Shown here piece after piece: positions 16,672 to 23,690 of a stretch of DNA of 32,000 nt; within the stretch, counting starts at the first letter, position 1, and every line of letters begins with the position of its first letter. Source of the stretch: an uncultured Ketobacter sp. Lineage in GTDB: Bacteria > Pseudomonadota > Gammaproteobacteria > Pseudomonadales > Ketobacteraceae. Both the position numbers and the translations under genes were made by a program. The stretch is taken from NCBI GenBank assembly GCA_964016105.1, contig CAXHEX010000012.1:57855-89854 (forward strand), read 5' to 3'. The notes beneath the pieces are model-generated. The model did not search any database. It worked only from the letters and a program-made list of their open reading frames with translations, and was not told where the DNA came from.

Positions 16672-17670
16672 TCAGAACTCCCCATCCCGGACCACATTAC
16701 CTTTGCTGATTATCTTGACAGTTTTAGGATGAACCGGTTCGTTGTCCGGCAGCAGTCCCTTGCCTTTCTCAATCACCTTGGCAGCGACACTGGTCAGCTT
16801 GCCTAATGTGTCAGAACCGGCAAGCGCCTTGCTATCGCTATAGTAGTCAAACCAGGGCAGCCCGGCACTCGTGTAATCTTTAGCTGTCGGCGGCGTATGC
16901 GGGGGCTGGTGCCCTGTGATTGACAGATATTGCTCACTGTTGGCCAGGTGGACGAAGCACCGGAAGCCATTGTCCAGATCCCAGGCATCGATGCCGTACT
17001 CGTCCTCGTAGATCTCCTGCCGCATCAAGCCGCCTGGAGCAAGTCCCATATCCGGAGCAGCGGATTCGCAGACCGTGCGACTGAACATTGGCATCTCGAG
17101 GTAGTCCATGTCTGCTTCCACGGTGCGCTCGAAATGTTCGACGTAAACATCATGCTTCATCGGGTAGACGATGATCTGGAGTCCGCCATGTTCAGCCTTA
17201 CCGGTAATCTGCTCCTCGGCTGTAAATCCTTCACCAAGCGGCATGGCGACAAACTGCCGTATGAAAGCCTCCGAGACGTTGAAACCGTCCAGCCAGGGCT
17301 GCTCCGGAATCACCGCATAGTCCTGCGGATCAGCCGAAAGCCCATTGCTCCAGTGCTCCCCGGAAACCGCGTTGATCTTGCCGGCGGCAATCTTGACGGC
17401 GCAGGGGTAGTCACCTGAGAAATTGATCCAAAGCGCCTCTGACTGATACATGGGTATGAAGACGCCACCATGTGTCCGCCAGGTATCAGGCAAGTTGTCT
17501 GCGAAGTCATCTACGTGCTCCACCGGGAAACGACCCAAGCCCGGGGGGAGGGGGTATTCCCGGTTGTCATCCGGGATCCGCAGGGTGCGTTGGAAGTCGA
17601 TGCTACACGCCGCTTTCTTGTGGACCTCCGGAAACCGGAAGGTCAGTTGGTTGTTCATTAGTTCGATCAT
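16672..17670 (-). CDS. Hypothetical protein of unknown function (332 aa)
   Basis: Good Shine-Dalgarno sequence (GGGGAG 8 nt upstream of the ATG). It starts 33 nt after the stop of the XRE gene. No catalytic or nucleotide-binding motif that I recognise. Notable segments: LRIPDDNREYPLPPGLGRFP, QPWLDGF, FVAMPLGEGFTAEEQITG, GGLQIIVYP. Confidence 0.6.
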   Translation of the reverse strand: MIELMNNQLTFRFPEVHKKAACSIDFQRTLRIPDDNREYPLPPGLGRFPVEHVDDFADNLPDTWRTHGGVFIPMYQSEALWINFSGDYPCAVKIAAGKINAVSGEHWSNGLSADPQDYAVIPEQPWLDGFNVSEAFIRQFVAMPLGEGFTAEEQITGKAEHGGLQIIVYPMKHDVYVEHFERTVEADMDYLEMPMFSRTVCESAAPDMGLAPGGLMRQEIYEDEYGIDAWDLDNGFRCFVHLANSEQYLSITGHQPPHTPPTAKDYTSAGLPWFDYYSDSKALAGSDTLGKLTSVAAKVIEKGKGLLPDNEPVHPKTVKIISKGNVVRDGEF

Positions 17671-17703
17671 TGTCTTTTCTCCCCTGAGTCAATAATTCAG
17701 GTG

Positions 17704-18054
17704 TTACCAGTCGCCATCACGGACATCCCGGGCAATACGCAACAGCGCGTGATCCGGTGCGGATTTGAGCTGGCGGATCAGGTCAGCGAACAGTTGCGGC
17801 CGCTTGCGAATGATCTCCTGCAAATCCGTCGATACCTTCCCGGCCATTGCCAGCAGCACATCCGGGTCTTCGCCGAGCTCCTCGGCTAATGCCCGGATCT
17901 TCGCCTCCGACGGTGGCGCCACATCCCCGCGTTCTATCTTGCTGAGATAGGCGGGCTCCACGCCGATTCGCTGAGCGACCTGCCGGACGGAAAACCGCCG
18001 ATCCTCTGACTTCAGGGCCTCGCGATGTTTACGGATGTATTCTCCGAATGTCAT
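17704..18054 (-). CDS. XRE-family helix-turn-helix transcriptional regulator
   Basis: 116 aa from the ATG at 18054. HTH segment FSVRQVAQRIGVEPAYLSKIERG. The ORF-track start at 18234 would overlap the preceding gene and read across the palindrome and promoter, so I rejected it. Confidence 0.8.
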   Translation of the reverse strand: MTFGEYIRKHREALKSEDRRFSVRQVAQRIGVEPAYLSKIERGDVAPPSEAKIRALAEELGEDPDVLLAMAGKVSTDLQEIIRKRPQLFADLIRQLKSAPDHALLRIARDVRDGDW

Positions 18055-18089
18055 GTGTACTATATAGTACACATTTGTTTCTGAGGCAA
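18053..18089 (-). promoter_or_regulatory. Putative sigma70 promoter with a perfect 22-bp palindromic operator; a leaderless mRNA is predicted
   Basis: The - strand reads TTGCCT (18089-18084), a 17-nt spacer, TATATA (18066-18061), GTACAC, then ATG (18054). The palindrome ATGTGTACTATATAGTACACAT (18053-18074) contains the -10 box and the first two bases of the start codon. Confidence 0.55.
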
Positions 18090-18145
18090 GCTTTCTCGGT
18101 AATGCAGGTGGGTGTTGAAAACATCGGACAGCCTTGGATCGATTG

Positions 18146-18868
18146 TCACTGCCACGAGCGCAGGCCCACGGACTGGCTGCCACTACCTTCTGACCTAACC
18201 TCGAGATTTGGGCTCTTTGATGCAAGGTAGGCAATGGGTTGATCCAGGACGAAGGGATAGAGCACTGTCAAGGAGGACAGTGTTGGGATGGGCACAGCTT
18301 TCCCAACATAGCGAAGTGCCGCCTCGATCAACCAGGCAACGGCCTGATCATTTGTGATGACGATCAGATCCTTCCGTACCAATCGTTTGCCATTTTCTAC
18401 TCTTTCAATTGCTCCCCAACTCGCCTGGCTCTGAATGACCATATTGGTCATGCGCCGGGTACCTTCACGTTCGCCATAGGTTTCACTCATCCGACGATGA
18501 AGTTCGGCTGAGGAACAGTCACCTTGTAACGCAGAAAGGCGCCCTACCAGCTCAGCGACCTTCCCGAAGAACGGGTAGGTGGCAATCGCCATTCCCCAAG
18601 TTAGCGCAGCTATAGGCGTGCTCGGATCTGCCTTGAATATCTCGACACCTTTCTCAGCAAAACCAGAAAGCTCAGGGCGCGGTTCTAACCAAAGCCGGTT
18701 CAACACAGTCCGGGTTTTTTTGCGCGCAGCTGCGCCAAGGCCCGCATCATCCAGCAAGGTATCTAGTTCGTCGAGCGTACCGAAATCAGCACGAACCCGC
18801 AGGGCAGCTGCTGCCCATTCGAGCGGGATAAAGCGGTCAAAACCAATTTTAGGTGCTGATGGTGTCAT
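18146..18868 (-). CDS. brxA: Putative BrxA (terminal gene of the type 3 BREX operon)
   Basis: 240 aa. It starts 5 nt after the pglZ stop. The assignment rests only on position, since BREX type 3 order ends in brxA. I did not recognise any diagnostic motif. Confidence 0.45.
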   Translation of the reverse strand: MTPSAPKIGFDRFIPLEWAAAALRVRADFGTLDELDTLLDDAGLGAAARKKTRTVLNRLWLEPRPELSGFAEKGVEIFKADPSTPIAALTWGMAIATYPFFGKVAELVGRLSALQGDCSSAELHRRMSETYGEREGTRRMTNMVIQSQASWGAIERVENGKRLVRKDLIVITNDQAVAWLIEAALRYVGKAVPIPTLSSLTVLYPFVLDQPIAYLASKSPNLEVRSEGSGSQSVGLRSWQ

Positions 18869-18873
18869 ACAGT

Positions 18874-20868
18874 TCAGTTCACGTATCTCACTTTAATAAA
18901 AGGTACCAGCAGCTCTTCGACGGATATTCCGCCATGAACTACCACCTGATCATCCTTGGTTACAAATGCCCTGCGGCCCTCAGCAAATAGAGGCATGAAG
19001 TTCGCAGGTAGTCCAGCTATATCGAGTCGAAAGGTATCCCCATAGGTTGCTTGAGTTTCAGCAACCATGGCTTCGTTGCGATAGGCCCGGACGCGCTCAC
19101 CACGCATTTCGGATGCGACACCCTGATTGGGTCTGCCTATCCCGACCGCCTCAACATTGCCGTGATCGGCGGTCAGATAGACATGGAAGCCGTTGTTTAG
19201 CAGCATGGAAAAAAGACGCTCGACAAAGCCCGATTCGCACCAGCTTTTGATTTGGGCCGCTACGCCCCGTTTACCGAGTACCGCGCCATGGATAATCTCA
19301 TCGACGGTATCCACCACAAGCCCGGCAAGCTTTACTGATGGATTGGTGAGTTCCGCCTCAAGGGCGGGAAGATCGTCATTACGTTTGATGGACTTCTGGT
19401 AGAACACTTCGCTGGCATTGATGCCATGATCCTGCCAAAAGCGCTTCCATTGGCCTGGTTCCTTGGATGTCGACTCAATACTGTCGGCAAACTCACGGGG
19501 TCTTAGGCCGGAAAATAATGCCTGCCGGGAGACTGACGTTAACGTCGGCAGCCAGGCGAAGCAGGTGTGCTCGTCAAACATCAACCTTTGCGACTGGTTG
19601 ATCACGCTTTCGCGTATCTGGACCCACTGATCGACCGCCAGTCCATCAAAGACCACCAAGGCGATCTTCTGCTCTCCCTCATCCCGGCACATGGATAAGT
19701 AGCGCGGGATGTGGTGGACCATGATAGGTCCTTTGGCGGCGGGCAGAGATGGCAGGTCAGCGAAATGCTTTTCGACCCATTCACACAATCGCGCATCAGC
19801 TGCATCGAGCAGATCTTGCATTGCATCTTTAATGCTTTCGGCATAATGCGCATCCAGCCCATGAAACCGCGACAAGATTTCACCCATGCGACGGGAGAAG
19901 TGGGTCCAATCACGGTGAGATGACTCAACCGTCGGCAATTCACCCGTTAGGTTCTGAATACCATCGCGGACCAGGATTTGCATCGATGCCGGATCTTGCA
20001 CAACGCCCAGCTTGGCCCACTCAGGCAACGCTGTCGGTACACCCTGAACAACGAGCGGGTGTAACGTGCCATCCAGGAACATGGAGTCGATAATCACACG
20101 CACATCATGGTGATCGAAAGGAACCTCTATCTTGGCGACATAATTTTCTGGTGCCGGTTCGCCCATCCGAGATCCGGTGATTCCTTGTTGGGTCAAATAG
20201 CGATACCAGGCATCTTGAACAACGCGCAGGGTGACACTTTTGTGGGCGAACAACTCGGCGATGGGAATACCTTCAAACGTGTCGTGCTCTCCAAGCACTT
20301 GCTCGACATGCTGTGCCAGCACGGCCGGGAGCGGTGTGTCTCCATAATGAAGCCGAAGCAATTCACGCCAAAGGTCTTCTGGACGTGTCAGCAGATGGGG
20401 GCTGATTCGGAAGATATGCGTCAGCACGAACTCCTTGGTGGCCGCTTCGCCCAACGACTGATGTGCATGCTTTGCCTGGGCCGCAAACAGCGAAGGCCAC
20501 ATGTCGCTGCCCAACTGCTTTACCACGGCATAGCTTAGTTTCGGGAATAGCTCTGTGAGCCCCAGACTGAGCTTGCGTGCCTGGCGTAGGTAGTCCCAGG
20601 GGAGGTCGTTGGTGTTGGTGCCCCGAAGATGAAGAACAAGTGCGTTAGATGGCGCTGGTTGGCCGTGGTCCCAGGCGTCGCGATAGCGTTCCTCGTACTC
20701 CGCCCGAAAGGCGACACTATCCTCGAAGGGCAGCACTTCGAAACCTCGCTCACGCAAACCGGACAGAACCTGCTCATCCAGCAAAACATCGTCTGGGTCC
20801 GAGACGACCCACAGTCGAGCCAGATCTGCCGGAAACTCCTTGAGGATACGGTCAACCCAAAGCGTCAT
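18874..20868 (-). CDS. pglZ: PglZ, alkaline-phosphatase-superfamily BREX protein
   Basis: I prefer the ATG at 20868 (MTLWVDRILKEF), which overlaps the helicase TGA (ATGA). C-terminal PglZ-type motifs: VVFDGLAVDQW, LPTLTSVSRQALFSG, YLTADHGN. Confidence 0.8.
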   Translation of the reverse strand: MTLWVDRILKEFPADLARLWVVSDPDDVLLDEQVLSGLRERGFEVLPFEDSVAFRAEYEERYRDAWDHGQPAPSNALVLHLRGTNTNDLPWDYLRQARKLSLGLTELFPKLSYAVVKQLGSDMWPSLFAAQAKHAHQSLGEAATKEFVLTHIFRISPHLLTRPEDLWRELLRLHYGDTPLPAVLAQHVEQVLGEHDTFEGIPIAELFAHKSVTLRVVQDAWYRYLTQQGITGSRMGEPAPENYVAKIEVPFDHHDVRVIIDSMFLDGTLHPLVVQGVPTALPEWAKLGVVQDPASMQILVRDGIQNLTGELPTVESSHRDWTHFSRRMGEILSRFHGLDAHYAESIKDAMQDLLDAADARLCEWVEKHFADLPSLPAAKGPIMVHHIPRYLSMCRDEGEQKIALVVFDGLAVDQWVQIRESVINQSQRLMFDEHTCFAWLPTLTSVSRQALFSGLRPREFADSIESTSKEPGQWKRFWQDHGINASEVFYQKSIKRNDDLPALEAELTNPSVKLAGLVVDTVDEIIHGAVLGKRGVAAQIKSWCESGFVERLFSMLLNNGFHVYLTADHGNVEAVGIGRPNQGVASEMRGERVRAYRNEAMVAETQATYGDTFRLDIAGLPANFMPLFAEGRRAFVTKDDQVVVHGGISVEELLVPFIKVRYVN

Positions 20869-23690
20869 TGGTTTGCGCCCTCTTGGCTGCCAATACGGAG
20901 CATGATCACCGCATTGAGATCGGGCGTGCAATTTTCAGCGTCCGCCAGGGCCGCCATTCTTGCTTGGTGTTCGGCCTCTAGTCGTTTGCGGCGATGTTCC
21001 CGCACAGCGGGGAGACCGATCCGTCCTATGGCCTGGTGGCGTGCTTCAAACGCATAGCGCGCTCGTTCACGCTCGCCGGCCAACCATTCGCGGTGTTCTT
21101 CCAGTAACCCTGAGAACACAGACTCCCCTTGGGTTTTAGCCGCTGCCAGCGATGACTCGAACCACTCCAAGGCGCTCTCTGCCTCGACGGCTGGGGCGAG
21201 TGATACCGTCTCGGTCAGCAGCAGATCCCAGATTCGTTTGGCGGTGGGTACAAAAGTGCGGCCATCATTCGCCACGAACACCGGCAAGAAACGTTTTCGA
21301 CTAAAGCTGTCTGAGGCACTGGAGGCGCTGAGACTAATCTCCCAAAGCGACCACACCCCCTGTACCGTGCCAGGTAGGCCTGTCACCGTGGTGATTGGCA
21401 GCGGCAGGCCGGCTACACAACGTGGCAGCTCACCAATTACTGCACGTGCGCGTGAGTCCTCGAGGGTGATCCACTCTATGTCTGGGTTTTGTTCGGCGGT
21501 GCGTGCATCGAAGCAAACTCGGGGCGACTCGCTCCCATCTGCCCACTTTACGCGCCAGGCATCACCTGCTTTCTCAGCTGAACCGTTCCGAGTTGGCAGG
21601 CCATTAACGATGGCCCGTTCAAGCCAATACTGGGCCGGATGGTCACGCCACTTGCGGGCATCATCTGCCTCCAGTGTGTGGTCTTCCGTTAACAGATCGG
21701 TATCTTCTCGGCTGGCGGCAACCTTCTCACGTACCTGGTCAATGACGGCGTCACATTCCTTGTCGATGGATTCGGGGTCTTGCAGTCCATGCACAAAGAG
21801 CTCATCGAAGATGGGCTCCACTTCAACTGAATCCATCACGTCCGCTGCTTTGTCGACGCCAAACTCCTGGGCAATAACCTCGAGTTTATGTTCCAGCACC
21901 TCGCGCACCCGGTGCTCCACCGTGTCATCCAGAACGAGGTTGATTGCACGCACCACATGCGGCTGGCCGATACGATCCACACGGCCGATGCGCTGTTCCA
22001 GTCGCATGGGGTTCCACGGCATATCGAAATTGACGACGACGTGGCAGAACTGCAGATTCAGACCTTCGCCACCCGCATCGGTGGAAATCAGCACTCTCAT
22101 ATCGCGTGAGAAGGCTTGTTGAGCGCGAGTACGGGCGTCCAGGTCCATACCGCCGTTGAGCAGTGCCACGGAAAATCCGCGGCTCTCAAGAAACTCTGCC
22201 AGCATCGCTTGGGTCGGTACGAATTCGGTGAAGATCAGAACCTTAAGTTGGGGGTCATTCTCTTCCTGCTGGAGTTTGTAGATCAGCTCCAACAGCGCCT
22301 CAGCCTTGGCGTCGGCGCCCTGGCGCTCGGTTTCGCGCGCCAGCTCCAGTAGCATCTCTACCTCCGCCTTCTCCCGTTCCCAGCCACTGGTCTGTACGGC
22401 AATCTCGAGTTGGGATTGGCCGTCCAGCTCTGCCCACTCGTCGACATCCGGTTCATCAAACAGGTTCGTTTGTAATTGGGGTGTCTCCAGCAGCGTCAGG
22501 CGTTTTTCCAGAGTAGTGCGAATCGCGGCAGTGCTGGATGTGACCAGCCGCTGCATCAAGATCATCAAGAAGCCGATGTGTCGCTGCTTGGCTGCCAAAG
22601 CCTGGTTGTAACCATGGCGCACATAATCCGTTACGGACTCATAGAGCCGTTGCTGCGCAGCATGCTTATCCAGCCAGGCAACGGGTAAAAGGCGAGTCGC
22701 TCTCGGCTTGAACAGGGGTTGGCCTTCGGCAGTGATGGAGACTCGTTTTTCGGTACGAATCACAAAGGGGCGCACCCGCTCATGGTTGATGCTGGACTCA
22801 TCGGGGAAGGAGTCACGGTCCAGCAATTGCATCAGCCGCATGAACTGATCCGTTTTACCCTGATGCGGTGTTGCAGACAGCAACAGCAGATAGGGGGCGG
22901 CTTCGGAGAGTGCCGCGCCCAGCTTATAGCGGGCTACCTGTTCGGTACTGCCGCCAAGGCGGTGCGACTCATCGATGATCACCAGGTCCCATCCGGCTGA
23001 GATCAGATCCTCGAAGCGTTCGCGGTTGTAGGTGTTGAGCTGTTCCAGGCTCCAGCCACGCCGTTTTTCAATCGGCTTCACCGAGTCCAGGGAACAGATT
23101 ACCTGGTCGTGCATCCGCCAAAGATTGTCCTCTTCATCTCGCCACTGCCGGAAGGCGGTAATCTCGGAAGGTTCGATAAACCGGAAGTTCTCACCGAAGT
23201 GCAGGCGCATCTCGGCCTGCCACTGACGCACCAGCCCTTTGGGGGCGACGACGAGCACTCGCCGCACCATGCCGCGCAGTTTGAGCTCGCGCAGAATCAA
23301 GCCTGCCTCGATGGTTTTACCGAGACCTACCTCATCGGCCAGCAGGTAGCGGATACGGTCCCGGCTCATGGCCCGATTCAGGGCATAGAGCTGGTGTGGT
23401 AATGGCACCACGCTGGACTGGATCGGCGCCAGCAGCAGGTTGTCTTCCAGGGCATCGAGCAGCTTGGCCGCGGCGGTAGTGTGCAGAATCTGCTCAACCG
23501 TTGGCTGTACGCTGGACAGATCGGCGAGATCCTCGGAACGGGCGCGCACAACCGCATCCTTGTTCGGCAGCCAGATCCGATAGGCTAGTTCTCCCCACAG
23601 GTTTTGGCGATCGACTACCCGGCAGGGTGAAGCCTGCCGAGCATGCCAACACCAATCACCGATGCCAAACCCCGTTACAGCATCCGTCAC
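20865..23690 (-). CDS. brxHII: SNF2/RapA-like superfamily 2 helicase (BrxHII)
   Basis: 941 aa. Motif I LADEVGLGKTIEAG, II VIIDESHRL, III LLSATP, V STDAGGEGLNLQ, VI QRIGRVDRIGQ. The GTG start overlaps the methyltransferase stop (GTGA). Confidence 0.85.
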   Translation of the reverse strand: MTDAVTGFGIGDWCWHARQASPCRVVDRQNLWGELAYRIWLPNKDAVVRARSEDLADLSSVQPTVEQILHTTAAAKLLDALEDNLLLAPIQSSVVPLPHQLYALNRAMSRDRIRYLLADEVGLGKTIEAGLILRELKLRGMVRRVLVVAPKGLVRQWQAEMRLHFGENFRFIEPSEITAFRQWRDEEDNLWRMHDQVICSLDSVKPIEKRRGWSLEQLNTYNRERFEDLISAGWDLVIIDESHRLGGSTEQVARYKLGAALSEAAPYLLLLSATPHQGKTDQFMRLMQLLDRDSFPDESSINHERVRPFVIRTEKRVSITAEGQPLFKPRATRLLPVAWLDKHAAQQRLYESVTDYVRHGYNQALAAKQRHIGFLMILMQRLVTSSTAAIRTTLEKRLTLLETPQLQTNLFDEPDVDEWAELDGQSQLEIAVQTSGWEREKAEVEMLLELARETERQGADAKAEALLELIYKLQQEENDPQLKVLIFTEFVPTQAMLAEFLESRGFSVALLNGGMDLDARTRAQQAFSRDMRVLISTDAGGEGLNLQFCHVVVNFDMPWNPMRLEQRIGRVDRIGQPHVVRAINLVLDDTVEHRVREVLEHKLEVIAQEFGVDKAADVMDSVEVEPIFDELFVHGLQDPESIDKECDAVIDQVREKVAASREDTDLLTEDHTLEADDARKWRDHPAQYWLERAIVNGLPTRNGSAEKAGDAWRVKWADGSESPRVCFDARTAEQNPDIEWITLEDSRARAVIGELPRCVAGLPLPITTVTGLPGTVQGVWSLWEISLSASSASDSFSRKRFLPVFVANDGRTFVPTAKRIWDLLLTETVSLAPAVEAESALEWFESSLAAAKTQGESVFSGLLEEHREWLAGERERARYAFEARHQAIGRIGLPAVREHRRKRLEAEHQARMAALADAENCTPDLNAVIMLRIGSQEGANQ

